Source: the human T2T-CHM13v2.0 reference genome, Homo sapiens. Taken from it: a DNA stretch of 64,000 nt. The position numbers and the translations under genes are program-made. The DNA lies in the NCBI RefSeq assembly GCF_009914755.1, contig NC_060927.1; one strand, 5' to 3'. Positions 44,750 through 64,000 of this stretch are shown here, piece after piece (within the stretch, counting starts at the first letter, position 1; each line of letters begins with the position of its first letter). The notes below the pieces were generated by a model. The model was not told the origin of the DNA, searched no databases, and worked only from the letters and a program-made list of their open reading frames with translations.

Positions 44750-47502
44750 TAATTTGTCTTTATTATTTTCTTCCTTCTACTTTCTTTGCACCTATTTTGC
44801 TATTCTTTTTATAAATTTTTAGGATAGATACTCAGCTTATTGATATCTCAGCCTTTCTTCTTTTCTAATATAAGCATTAGGCTGTATATTGTCTTCTGAG
44901 TATAGCTCTAGCCACATCTATCCCTAGGCAACCACTGATCTTCTAATTGTTTTAGATGGATTTGCGTTTTCTAGAATTTTCTATTAAAGAAATCATGTGT
45001 CCACTTTTTTTGTCTTGCTTCTTTCATTTAGCGAAGTTATTTGAGACTCATCCGTATTGTTGCATATATCAGTATTTAATTCCTTTTTACGTTGTATCCA
45101 TTGTATAGATATGCTTAATCCATTCACCTGTTGATGGACATTTGGGTTACTTCCAGTTTTTGACTATTACAACTAAAGTTGCTGTGAACATTTGTGTATG
45201 TCTTTGTGAGAACATATGCTTTTCTTTTTCTTGGGTAGATAGCTAGGAGTGGAATTGCTGGATCATATGGTGGTTTTTTTTTTTAAAGAGACTGCCAAAT
45301 TGTTTTCCAAAGTCATTGTATGAGTTCATATTCCTGCTTGCAGTGCAGGAGAGTTCTAGTTGCCCTACATCCTTGCCAACTCTTAATATTGTCAGTCTTT
45401 TTACTCTTAGGCATTCTAATAGATGTGTACTAGCTCTTAATTGTAATTTTAATTTGCATTTCTCTGATGACTAATAATGTTGAACATCTTTTCATGTGAT
45501 TATTTGCCATCCATACATCATCTTTGATGAAGTGTTTTATCAAATCTTTTGCCTATTATTAAAATTGAGTTATTTCTTTTCTTGAGTTTTGGGAGTTCTT
45601 TATATATTCTGGATAAGATACATGTCCTGTATGAGCTATATGGTTTGCAAATGTTTTTCTCCCAATCTATGGCTTATATTTTCATTATCTTGGCAGAGTC
45701 TCTTGAAGAATAGATTTTTTTATTTTGATAGTGGTTGTTTTAAATTTTTATGAATCATGCTTTTAATGTCATATTTTAAAATCTTCGCCTAATCCAAGGT
45801 CACATTTTTCTCCTGTGTTTTCACTAAAAGTTTTATAGCTCTAGGTTTTACATCTGTGATTACCTTTTTGTTACGTTTTAATTTAATCACAATGTAATCA
45901 GAGGATCTGATCTTTATGATACTGATTCTTTGAAATTGGCTTAATTTATTTTTAGTTTATGTTTTCTTCCAGAATTTTTGTTAAGTATTTACATCCATGT
46001 TTATGTAGCTATAGAAATATATAGGTTTTTAAAATTTAAACTAAATGGAATCACACTGGTTATGATGTTCTGAAAGCTGATTCTTTTAACTGTCTCAGAT
46101 TTAGAGATACACATAATTCCTTTTTACTCTCATATTTTATAGATTAGAGCTATATTTATTTAGCTACTCCTCTAAGATGTGCATTTAAGTTTGCACATTG
46201 AAGTATTTTCCAATTAGATGCACATTTAAGTTTTTTCCAGATTTTCTCAAGCATAAATAGTACAGTGATGGACATCTTTATATATGCCTCCTTGGGCTCA
46301 TATGTGGGAGTATCTCTGTAGACTAGAAGTAGAATTTGAAATTAAAAGCTATCTGGGTCAAAGTGTGTCTTCTAAGGGTTTTTCTTTTTTTTCCCAACAG
46401 TTTTTTAACAGTCACATAACTTCATATGCAAGAAGTAGCACCATTAACTAGATCAGTTATTAATTCAGCAGGTATGCATCGAGTACATACTGTGAGAACC
46501 TTCCTCTTAGGGGTTTCCAATTCCTTCAGACTCAGTGCCCCCTTTTTAAACAGTATTTTTTTAAAGACCCTTTTACTGTACCAAGGTGATACTCATAGAA
46601 AATAAAAGCATTCATATGCAAATAACTTACAAAAATCAATATATAATAATAATTATATTCAGGAGAAATAAAAGGAAAGCAGCCTATTATGAAATAATGT
46701 GTATTTCATGTAAATGCTTAGGAATAACTACCAAAGATGATATGACAAGTCACATACTTCTTAAGTAAGTACATACTTAAATAAGGGTACTAAGAAGATA
46801 CAATTGTTTTGTAGATGAAATGTAGAGTCAGCTGGAATAAATGTTAAATGGAATTAATGTTAGAATAAGTGAGACTAGACTTACTTATGATAAAAACGGT
46901 TGACAGGAGGAGTTATTAAGAAGGAGAAAATTGAGGAAGGATGATGTCCTTGCAAAAGATCCATACCTTATGTGGAAGTGTTGTGCCAAAATGATTTCTT
47001 ACGGTATGTCTTGCCACAGAGTAATGACATTCTGTCATAGAGAACATCTCCTTTCTTGAAATCTGTGTCTGAGGTATACCTTTAGTGTCTGATACTTTAA
47101 AAAAGACCTTGGAAAGCATATCCTTTTATTGGTCACAGAAAATAGAGAATTAGAAAATGAAAGCATTTTGTCTACCAGAATAAAAAATCAAAAATTAGCA
47201 TCTGCTATGGGAGAAGATAACATCTTATTCAGGGTCACAGGTTGAGCATTGCACTTGATTTCTTCAGGGAAATTGTTAATAGGAGTGCCACCCAAACGTG
47301 AACGTAATTCTAAGTGTAGTGTGTTTCCATGTAATCAGCTGCCCACCAGGATGATTCAGGTTAGCTTTGTAATTGCAGAAGCAGCCTAGTTTTTTTAAAT
47401 CTTTAGTAGCAATTAATAGGCAAGGAGACTGATAATTATGTTTCACAGTAGACTTTTATACCTCATTTTACCAAGAAAAAAAGTTTCTGTGTTATTTCTT
47501 AG

Positions 47503-47823
<321 letters not shown>

Positions 47824-48039
47824 AAGTTTTTCTTTTAAAAGTGAAGAAAAATATGAAGAACACCAGTAATTTCAGATGTGGGGTAGAAAATAAGATCATT
47901 CATACTGCTAATTTCTAGCAATATTTGCTGGTTTTAAAAGGTAGCCTTGTATTTGAAAGTTTTTTTTAATTATAAAAGTTGTTAATTTCTTTATTACCAC
48001 ACTATGTAAAAATAGTCATTTCCACCTCTACCTCTGTCA

Positions 48040-48245
48040 CTTCTTAATCTCCTTACTCGTACTTGTCTTCCTCCATAATGCTTCTCATTATCTACAAACA
48101 TATATACTTAATTTGTTTATCACATTAGAATGTAGATTCCAGGAAGACCAGAACTTTATTTCATTTGCTGTTGTGTTCCCAGTGCCTGAAATACAGTGCC
48201 TGGAACACAGTGAGCAATCAAGATACGTTTATTGAATGAATAAAT
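48040..48245 (+). mobile_element. L2 3' end
   Basis: ttagaatgtagattcc...cagtgcctggaacacagtgagc...ttgaatgaataaa. Confidence 0.8.
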
Positions 48246-49953
48246 CTTTTGCTCTTTTCTCACGTGCATATCATCTGGTTGTAATCACAGTGTGCATATA
48301 ACTTTGTGTCTTGTGTTTTTATAAAATGTTATTACACAGAATAAATATCATCTTTTCCCCAGGTTGCCACATAACCTGCTTTGATCATTATTTTTCTGTA
48401 TCCCGGAAACATAGCATAATTTACTAACCCGTCTCCTAGTTTGGGACATATAAATTGCTTTTGATCTTTCTGTATTATAAATTAATAGTATATTCATGTG
48501 AGGATGAAAAGATGCACAGATGGACAGACAGATGTATATATAGACAGACAGGTAAACTTTACAGTGGAAGAACTGGAGAAGTAGCTCTGCAGCTTGGAAC
48601 AACACCCAGAATCACACTGCAGAGCCAGTCTCGTGAAGCTATGGCTGTACAGCCAGTACCACAAAGCTTGGAGATGGACCTCCAGCTTCCAGTGCCAAGT
48701 CTCTCAGACCAGTGAATCTTATTGACCCCCTGCTCTCCTCCAAGGGAAGCAGGACTGCAAATATCTGGTATTGTCTGTTTTTACAGGTAGAGAGAGGCAC
48801 TGCCTCACCCAAACCACTGGGAGAAGGAATTCTTATATTTCCTAGAAAAATAATTTAGGACCACACACTGATAAAGCCATTTCTATATTTAGGATAATTT
48901 ATATAACGTGGGTTCCCAGAAGTATAATTATCAGGCCAGAGGGCAGGAGCAAATTCTGATGATGAAGGACCAGATCTCTTGACCTCAATGGTTTAGTCTT
49001 GGAACTTTTTGCTTCCTTTATTAATCTTTCCTTTTACACATACGTAAAGCACATTTATTGGCTGTACTTATTCACTTAGTGAATAGAGTGTTTTGTTTCT
49101 TAGAACTTTAAATAGTTGTTGAGGTGAAGGGACTTATAGTCAAAGGAGAATCATCATCTCTTTTTTTTCCCCTCTTGATTAATTTTTTTTCTCTTTTAGA
49201 TAGCGGTGCCTGGGTTTGTGCTAGAATCTGAAAATGGATGACATATTCATCCATTCATCACATATGGTGAATTTATTTCACCATAAATTGTTTTATGTTA
49301 GTGCACATGCAAACTTCTGTTTGTATGTGTGGAGTGGAAATTTCATCATTTATAGCAGTGTGAATTTATTCTCAAATGTTTTCTTTCAGCCTCCTTCTCC
49401 ACCCTATGTAAAAGTAAATATCCGTAATACCTCTTTTCTCCTACTCTTCCCCTAGGCTTTTGTTTTGTTTTTGCTGATTGGTCAGCATTCACTTCATATC
49501 AGTTGTTGAGGTATAAAAACCAAGTAATGAGTCCCCATGTCCATCAGGGGGCTACAGCCTGCCTTAGTGGCAGGTGCTCTTGTCTCAAAGCCAGAGAACC
49601 TAGGTGTTAGTTTCAGCCTCACCACTAATGCACTGTGACTTCAGGAGCTCCCTCCCCTCAGTGGCTTTGGGGAAGGGGTGGGACTTAGAGTTGAAGTCAT
49701 TCTGTGGACCTATTACAGTGTTCTTCATTTGCTCTGACTACATTTGCGTATCTTCCTGCCAGAATGGGAGGCTTCTGAGTCCAGAACTCAATCTTGTATT
49801 CATGTGCCCGGTGCGTGTTGGGTGGATATGGTTAAATGAGCCCAGTTTTGTTGTTCTTGTGGGTCTTTTCTATGTAACACAGTCCATATATTCTTGCCTA
49901 CACTTTAAGTGAAAGAGGAACTTGTAAAGACCTCCTATCTTTAAGAATATTAG

Positions 49954-50569
<616 letters not shown>

Positions 50570-52151
50570 TTAGGTTGAAGATGCTATATGCAGAACATGG
50601 TGTTTCTGGGCTCTCCAGGTCTTTCCTCCTCTCCTTGTAGGTTTAAAAATGTTTTGAGTTGGTTGGACTCCATGGTAACATTCTTGTGAACTTTCAGTTG
50701 AGGAAAGGTGATCTTTAAGGGGAAAGGGGTGGAGGGAGAGAGAGTTTAACAGTGGCAGCAATCTAGGTGAAGGGAGAACTTTGTAAAGCAGAGTACATCT
50801 TCCCTAGAAGCAATTAGTCATATTATTAGACAAACTGTTTCAGCAGCTGGCAAAACAGCAGGAACATGTCGATTTTGCTTCCTTGGTTACAGGCAGTGAT
50901 AGTGTACTTGACCTTCCGCAGAGCTGGGTCACAGAGAGGGCATCTTTAAACAGCCCTGTCTGGTTTGGGTGAATGGAATCTGCACTGGCAGGGTTTGAAA
51001 GCAAATGCCTGTGAGTTCCCTCAACCAACCTCTGGCCTTTTGGGTTGGACTCTCTTTGGCCTGGGAGGTTGCTGAGGAAAAATATAAATAAAGCTGCAGG
51101 GAGCCATTGGCATGGTAAGTGTGAGTGTCCTAAAGAAAACAAGACTGCAGTATTGAAGTCTATTCTCTTTCCCTGTGTTTCTGGGGGAGAAGCCTTGTAA
51201 TGCAATGTATTTCAGTAGTCACTTATTTTTACAGCAGTTAGTATAATAGCAGTGGATTTAGACACCTATTGTATATTTGAAGAAATTCAATTTAATGTCT
51301 TGCTATGCTAAGCTCTTAGCAAATCGTTTCTTAATAGGAACTTGTATTTGAATATGCTGGCTAAATTCAGGTGGGGCAAAAGTTGTTTGTTGTTTTTGGC
51401 AGGTTACTCTGCCTGTGAACAGTTTATGAACCATATTGCTCTTAAATATCTCATTGTTTTACATAATTGTGGGGAGTGGTTGTTGACTTGGGATTTTTGT
51501 TTTTTTGTGACAAGAAATTTAGCGCTAAGTTTTACCTTTTTAAAATCTCTATTGCCAACTGTAAAATTCAAAACTGGCTAATGAATTCTGATATAAATGA
51601 TGCTGGTTTATAATATTTAGGTTTCATTCCCTCATTAGCTTTACTGTAAAGAAGAGCTGGATATATATGTCATCAAGAGAAGTAGTTCTTTACTAACACT
51701 GTTATTGTAAGGTTCCAGTCCTTTGAGGACTGGAACTGCACATAAAAGTCAGCAGCCTCCTGTGGATTCTTCTCGCTGATGCAAGTTGCTGCACAAAGGG
51801 GGTTAATCTCTTTGCCCATTGGCCCTTCAACACACTTACTATTTAATGGTCCTTTGAAATAAACTAAAGGAGGGTATGTGGTACATTTCAGTTCAAGCTG
51901 GAGGTGTCCCCTGCCTAACACCCTTTACCCTACTTAAGGGTTTTACATTGTTCATGATTTCACTGAAGTGTTGAGAAGTACTGAGTTCCTGTTTGAGATT
52001 TGTAACACTAGATCTGCACAATGTTTTTTCACAGAGTGTAACTCTGTTATCCTATTAGTAACCCATGAGAATTTTTGTAGCCAAAATCCAGAATAAGTTA
52101 TAGATTTGGAAACTCTTAATATTGCACATTTAATTCAATGAAATGAGCATC

Positions 52152-52500
52152 TTTTTCTCTTTTTTAATCCCTTTTTTCTTTTTTTTTTTTCTTTTTCTTT
52201 TTTTTTTTTTTGGAGATAGGGTCTTGCTATCTCAAAGGCTGGAGCACAGTGGTGCCATCATAGCTTACTGTCACTGTAGCCTCAAACTCCTGAGCTCAAG
52301 TGCTCCTTCCGCCTCAGCCTCCTAAGCAGCTGGGACTGCAGGCATGCGACACCACGCCTGGATAATGTTTTTAATTTTTAGTAGGGATGGGGTCTTGCAA
52401 TGCTGTCCAGGCTGGTACTCAAACTCCTGGCCTCAAGTGATCTTCCTACCTCGCCCTCCCAAACTGCTGTGATTATAGACATGAGCCGCTGCACCTGGCC
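52152..52500 (-). mobile_element. AluJ with long T-rich tail
   Basis: TSD tgagcatctt at ~52144 and ~52503. Confidence 0.9.
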
Positions 52501-52889
52501 TGTGAGCATCTTCTTCAACCTAGATGTTCATTTTTCAGCAAGTGATTCCATGTAAACGTCAGAAATTTTTCCTGACAATTATTTCCTTATAAAACAAACA
52601 AACAACAAAAACAACAACAACAAAAACCCTGCTGCCAAAGCAATGTCATGCCATTATGGAATAGAGGAGGTTCTCATTCCAGGGTGAAGATGTATGAACT
52701 TCCTCAGCAGCCTCATAAACCCCCCTGTGTCGGTGGAAGCCAGTACTCCTTGGTTTATATAATGAACTGCCAGGGCAGGTGTTGTGCTGTACCTCCAGGG
52801 TGTGTAATTAGCAGACAGGCACAAGAGTAGAGTAAAGCAAAGCAAAGTCTAGGCAGAGTCCCAGGATCAAAGGCTTAAGACAGAGACTG

Positions 52890-53100
52890 CTTATTCATCC
52901 CCTAAGGTATTCATTCCCTAAGTGTTCATTCACTAAGCATTCATTGTGGGCCTAATATGTGCCTGGCCTTGGGAATAAACAGAGAAATAGGAAATGTGGT
53001 GTTCTGTGGAGAGTACTAAGGTGCAGGGACTGTGGGAACCCAGAGGAGGGCATTTGTATTAACCTGAGGGGTGTCAGGAAAGGCTGGCCAGAGGAGCATG
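52890..53100 (-). mobile_element. L2 fragment with expanded ~15-bp tandem ttcattccctaag
   Basis: ttcatcccctaag/ttcattccctaag/ttcattcactaag, then gtcaggaaaggct. Confidence 0.6.
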
Positions 53101-53578
53101 GCTTTTATTAAATTATTTAGTGTTTAATAAAACATTTGTGTGTTCTGCAAGCGTGGTTACCTTTACAAAGGATGTGAAATGGAACAGATGATTTTACCCT
53201 CTAAGTATGAGTTTGGAGACCAAGCCTTGGAAGGCCTGTGTCTAAAGATATTTCACACCCAGCTTGCCCATGGTTTTAATTGAGTCCTTTGGACTGGCAG
53301 TTTTCCTGTCAAGGTAAAATGCCCTAACCAAGGTATAACACACACCTGGGTGTTGTCAGGCATTTATACAGTGTAAACTAAGTGATCCTGTCCTTTGCAA
53401 CTTGAGCAGGTTGAAAGGGTAGAAAATAGGATAAGGCAGAAGCCAAGACTGACATTAGGCACTGAGGTGTGGGCAGGAAAAAATAGAAAGGAAATGCTTC
53501 AACTAGTCAGAAATGCATCTAATATTTTTATATCCTTTTTACCAAACTGACTTTTTATTGCTGTGCTGATGAGTCTCA

Positions 53579-53900
<322 letters not shown>

Positions 53901-54737
53901 ATGTTTCTGGAAAAAAAGTAAATTTCCTTCCTTGATGTCTATTCATAATTATCAGACTGTAAATTCATACAACTGCAAGAATTTCTTAGCGGTCCCATCA
54001 TAACATCACTTTGCCTTCATGCAAGACCATATCTCAGCTGCCTCTGGTGCCACTAGAACATACCTTTTTTCTAATGGCTTCAGGAGTAGGGGATCCCAAA
54101 CATTTTCTGTTTAACCTGTCACTTCCAGAGTTAGTCGTCTTTTCACTGAATCTCAGGGCTATTCACTCAATCTAAATTTATTACTGAGCCTACAGGGAGC
54201 CCATTGCCAGTGTGACCCATGCCCCCTCTCAGGTAAAAGGTCTTTTGGGCTTCTCATATCAAGGGAATAAATAAAATTTGCAGATGTATCCCTGAACAGG
54301 TGAGGAAGCCAAAATCCAGGGAGTTTAAACTGTACCTCAGGCAAGGTAGCAAAGCCAAGGGACAGCAGTCTCAGCGCCCAACCTGTGCTTTCCAGTAACT
54401 GTTTGTCCTCCACAGCAGCTTAGAGGCAGGGCCACATCTGGTTGCCCTGTGCGCACAACCCCAACATGGCACAGAGTAAGTGCTTACCAGGTTCCGGTAA
54501 AGCACAGACCACTGTCACTTTGTTTTAATGACATAGAAAACTTTCTGAGATATGTGAAATACTTTTTGAATAGTGTTTTTAAATTTTTGTTTTTTTATCC
54601 ACTCATCTGCGTACTGATTTTAAATAAACTTTTTATTGTAGTATAACATACCTAAGTTTAAAATTCATCAGCTTATGATGAATTATCACAGAGAAAACAT
54701 TTCTATATACTCACCACCCAAGTTAAGAACAGAATAG

Positions 54738-56700
<1,963 letters not shown>

Positions 56701-56938
56701 TTTTAATTTTTGTATATGAGTTTGGATTTAATATTTTAAAATAAAATACAAAGAATTTTCTGTTTGAGAGACACATTAGCACATTGTATCATGTGTAGCA
56801 AAGACAGTTATATAGTTTTTATAACTTAGGTTTAGAAAAATTTTCAGGTTTGTGACAGTATCAGTTATCATTTGCTGAATGTAACTGATGTTTAACTTAC
56901 TATTCATTAACCTTCACACCAGTGCCATAAAGTAGTAA

Positions 56939-57289
<351 letters not shown>

Positions 57290-57462
57290 AGAGGGTTAAT
57301 GACTTGTTTAAGGTGACAGTACAAGTTTCAGAGCCCAGGTCTGTCAGATTCCATAGCCTGTGGGTACTCCAATAATGTTGATGGCTTTAAAACTTCTTGC
57401 AAATAAAGTAAGGACCTGAGCCAAAATTTGGCCTGTTATTCTGCCAGTGAAGAATTTTCAAT

Positions 57463-57811
57463 ACAGTCACAAACCAAATGTGAACCACATAATGACGGTT
57501 CTGTCAGTGCTTGAGTGCCTATAGGAAGGAAGGTAGTCCCATAAGATTATAACTGTATTTTTACTGTACCTTTTCTATGTTTAGATACACAGATACTTAC
57601 CATTCTGTTAGAGTCGGTTATAGTATTCACCACAGTCACATGCTGTACAGGTTTGTAGCCTAGGGGCAATAGGCCATACCACATAGCCTAATGTGTAGTA
57701 GGCTATGCCATCTAGGTTTGTTGTAAGTACATGTTATCATGTTCACATGATGAAATGACCTAATGACACATTTCTCAGAACATATTCCTGTCTTTAAGCA
57801 ACACATAACTG
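57463..57811 (+). mobile_element. Tigger3a (MER7A)-like MITE
   Basis: gtcccataagattata...catgctgtacaggtttgtagcctagg...aagcaacacataactg|ta. Confidence 0.85.
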
Positions 57812-59159
57812 TATCTAAAACTGGCAGAATTAACTTGCAGACTAATAGACTCAACCAAAATTTTAAATGTTCATTATTAAAGGATGCAATGAATATGCTC
57901 TGATAAAGTGATTGGCCAGCCTTTTCTTTTCAGTTATAAATAAACAGAGCTAGCAGTTATGTGTACATGGATCCTGGGAGACATACCTTGCAGGATCTCA
58001 GCCTCACCATACCTCCTATAAAATGGTTGTGCTTGTCCTGCCTATTTCTTAGCCAAGAGAGAGCTAATCCATATTTTTTAAGCTAAAAGTCACTGTAAAA
58101 ATACTGGATTCTGTTGACTTCATTGTAGTGAATTTGTTGTTAAAATGTATGCTTATGAAAGAAAAAAAAATTTAATAGCCCAGTAATGAATTAATTGATA
58201 ATATTTTATCAAATTGAGATATAATTCACATACCATAAAATTCATTTTTTAAAAATATACAGCTTAGTGGGTTTTAGTACATTCACAAGAGTATGCAACC
58301 ATCACCACTATCTAAATCCAGAATGTTTTTATCATGCCCCCACTAAAAAACCCACATCTCTTAGCAATTATTCTTGCTACCCCTGTTCCCCTGTCACCTG
58401 GCAACCACTAATCTACTTTCTGTCCCCATGGATTTGCCTATTCTGGACATTTTAAATAAATAGAATCATGCAATATATGGTGGTCTTTCGTGGCTGAGTC
58501 TTCCATGTTGTAGCATGTATCAGCACTTCATTCCTTTTTATTGCCAAATAATACTCCATTACATGGATATACCATGTTTTATTTATCCATTCATCATTTG
58601 GGAGATATTTGAGTTGTTTCTACTTTTTGCCTGTTATCACTAATGCTGCTGTGAACATTTGTATACAAGCTTTTGTGTAGACATGTGTTTTTCTTTGTCT
58701 TGAGTATATACCTAGGAGTGAAATTATGGGTCATATGGCAACTCTGTGTTTACCCTTTGAGGAACAACCAGACTGTTTTCCAAAGTAACTGTACCATTCT
58801 ACATTACTACCAGCAATGTATGAAGGTTCCCATCTCCACATTTTCACCAATACTTGTTATTGTCCATGTTTAACATTGTAGCCATCCTAGTGGATATGAA
58901 GTGGTATCTCATCATGGTCTTGATTTGCATTTCCCTAACTAATGACCTTGGAACATCTTTTCCTGTGCTTATTGGCCATTTGTATATCTTCTAGGAGAAA
59001 TTTCTGTTTAACTCTTTGCTCATTTTTAAATTGGGATTTTTGTCTTGTTATTAAGTTGTAATGATATATGATTTGCACTTTTTTTTTCCCCCATTTTATA
59101 GGTTGTCTTTTCACTTCCTTGATGGTGTCTTTTGAAACACAAAACTCATTAATTTGAGT

Positions 59160-59933
<774 letters not shown>

Positions 59934-61242
59934 GTTTCTAGTTTTAATGATTATTTTCTAATTTTTCTTGTGCTATTTTTGCTTTTGGTGTCATCTAAGA
60001 AACAATCACCTAATTCAAGTTCACGAAGATTTACACCTGTGTTTTCTGAGAGTTTTATAGTTTTAACTCTTACATTTAGATCTTTGATCCATTTTGATTT
60101 TTTTTTTTTGTAATAGTGCAAGGTAGGTGTCCAGATTTGTTCCCCTGCATTTGATTTCCACTTGTCCCATCACCATTTGTCGAAGACTGTTCTTTGCCTA
60201 TTGAATTATCGTGGCACCTTTATCAAATTTGAACATATAGGTGAGGGTTTATTTCTGCATTCTCTGTTATATTCCATTGGTCTGTATGTCTTGTCTTTAT
60301 GCCGGTACTGCAATTTTTTTAAGTTACAAATTGAGTTTATATTGCATATATTTACAGTACAAAGTGATGTTATGATCCGTGACTACAATGTGTAAAAATT
60401 AAATCAAGCTCATTAACATATCCATCACCTTAAATACTTATTTTTGCCATGAGAACATTTGAAATTTACTCTTAGCAATTTTGAAATGTACAATAGGCTA
60501 TTATTAACTGTATTCGCCATGCTGTGCAATAGGTCTAAAAAAAAAGAAAAGTATTCCTCCTAAGATTTTGTACCTTTTGACCTGACTTTCATCTCCCCAT
60601 TCCCCCTGCCCCTCAGCCTCTGTTAACTACCATTTTACTCTGGTTTTATGAGTTTGATTCTTTTAGATTCCACATTTAAGTAAGAACATGTGGTATTTGT
60701 CTTTCTGTGCCTGGCTTATTTCACTTACCATAATGTTCTCCAGTTCCATCCGTGTCATCAGAAATGACAGAATTTCCTTCTTTTTAAAGGCTGAATAGTA
60801 TTCCATTGTGTGTATATACCACATTTTCTTTATTCATTCATCTATTGATGGACTTGTTGGTTGATTATGTAACTTGGCTATTGCAAACAGTGCTGCAGAG
60901 AACATGGGAGTGCAGACATCTCTTCAACAAACTGATTTCAAATCTTTTTGGGTAAACACCCAGAAGTGTGATTGCTGGATTCCACACAGTTTTAATTACC
61001 GTAGCTTTGTAAATAAGTTTTGAAATAAGGAAGTGTGAGACCTCCAACTTTGTTCTTTTTCAAGATTGTTTTGGATACTCTGGGTCCCATGCATTCCCAT
61101 ATGAATTTTAGGATCATTTTGTCAATTTATGCAAAAAAGCACCTGAAATTTTGATAGGGATTACATTGAATCTTTAGATCAATTTGGGGAATATCACCAT
61201 CTTAACAATATTAAGTCACAAATGTCTTTCTATTTATTTAGG

Positions 61243-61541
61243 TTTTTTTTTTTTTTTTTTTTGACGGAGTCTTGCTCTGTTGCCAAGGCTGGAATGCAGT
61301 GGCACAATGTCGGCTCACTGCAAGCTCTGCCTCCCGGATTCACACCATTCTCCTGCCTCAGCCTCCTGAGTAGCTGGGACTACAGGCACCCGTCACCACG
61401 CCCGGCTAATTTTTTGTATTTTTAGTAGAGACAGGGTTTCACTGTGTTAGCCAGGGTGGTCTCAATCTCCTGACCTTGTGATGCACCTGCCTCGGCCTCC
61501 CAAAGTGCTGGGATTACAGGCGTGAGCCACCGTGCCCAGCC
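61243..61541 (-). mobile_element. AluY/Sc-like SINE
   Basis: Full dimer; TSD tatttaggt. Confidence 0.92.
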
Positions 61542-61651
61542 TATTTAGGTGTTTTAAATTTCTCATAGCAATATCTTATAGTTTTCAGTATTCAAATCTT
61601 GCATTTCTTTTGTTAAATTTATTTTATTTCTAAATATATTATCCTTTTTGA

Positions 61652-62345
<694 letters not shown>

Positions 62346-63070
62346 AGTTTTTGTGTTTTGATCTTATATCCTGCAACCCTGAAACTCGTCTACTTGCTCT
62401 GATGGGTTTTTTGTGGATTCTGTGGGATTTTTTTCTATATGAGATCATGTTATTTGCAAACAGAGATAGTTTTCTTCCTTTCTATTCTGAATGTTTTTAT
62501 TCTTTTTCTTTCCTAATTGCCCTGGCTAGAACCCCTAGTGCAATGTTGAGGTAGAGAGAATGGACATCCTCATCTTATTCTTAACCTTAGAAGGAAAGCT
62601 TTTAGTCTTTTACCGCTAAGTATACTGTATAGCTGTGAGTATTTTATAGAGACCCTTTATCAGATTGAGAACTTTCCTTTTATATCTCGTTTATTGAGTG
62701 TTTTTTTCATGAAATGTTGTTAGATTTTGTCAAATGCTTTTTCGCCATCAATTGAAATAATTATGTGGCTTCTGTCCTTTATTCCTTTAATGCAATGTAT
62801 AGAACTGTTTGATTTTCATATTTGAACAAGCTTGCTTTCCTGGGATGAACCCCAGTTATTCGTGGTGTATAATCCTTTATATACCACTGGATTTGGTTTG
62901 CTAGAGTTTTGTAGAGGATTGTTTGTGTTTCTATTCATAAGAGATATTGGTCTGTAGTTTTCTTTTCCTGTGATGTCTTTGGTTTCAGTATCAGGTAATA
63001 TTGGCCTCACAGAATTGGGAAGTGTTTTCTTCTAATTTTAGGAAGAGTTTTTTGTGAAGTGTTCACAATA

Positions 63071-63679
<609 letters not shown>

Positions 63680-64000
63680 ACAATACACTTTCTATCAAGA
63701 AAAAATATATCTGCCTGCTTCAGATACCCAGGTGACCACTCAGCACCTTGTACCTTGCCTTTGGGATAGGTATTGACTAAATTTCAGACCCTGTGGTCCT
63801 GACAGGCTTTTCCCAGCTCCATCCCATTGGGGCTGAGAAATTACCAGGACGCTTTTATAAGTACTAATCCCAGTAGGTTTCAGTGTAATGTTGGTTTTGT
63901 TTGTCATCCCCTGCTGTGTTGTGAGAGCCTTTCTCGGGAAACCATATTAAAGGAATGTTTTACAGGTGGCTTTGGAGACAGGGATAACATTCAAAGATCA

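Overview
Primate (human-type) genomic DNA, Alu/L1-rich, with one CpG island at ~7.55-9.3 kb. From remembered mRNA sequence I recognise it as the 3p25 FGD5-AS1 / NR2C2 (TR4 orphan nuclear receptor) head-to-head locus; no database was consulted. The + strand carries non-coding NR2C2 exon 1 (ends ...GGCGCCAAATCCTGAG|gtaaaa at 8356) and a >55 kb first intron that runs off the window. The - strand carries the lncRNA FGD5-AS1, with a ~3.6 kb terminal exon (~6806 to ~3230) containing a near full-length Hsmar1 mariner and an inverted Alu pair. No ORF in the supplied track is a convincing host protein; most are Alu/L1/mariner or GC-rich artefacts. Best leads: (1) a 20-codon exon hidden in intron 1 (22887-22946, MATNMEGLVQHRVGTQQVAE, perfect Kozak, phase-0 GTGAGT donor) that would N-terminally extend TR4; (2) a composite DR1/IR0 nuclear-receptor element at the NR2C2 start, a possible autoregulation site; (3) an antisense 'mirror' exon over NR2C2 exon 1 that chains into a 99-codon spliced ORF; (4) a template-switch hairpin that rewired the Hsmar1 start codon; (5) optional splice sites that would remove the transposon/dsRNA block from the lncRNA. 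All are hypotheses read by eye. Repeat boundaries are approximate and subfamily calls provisional.
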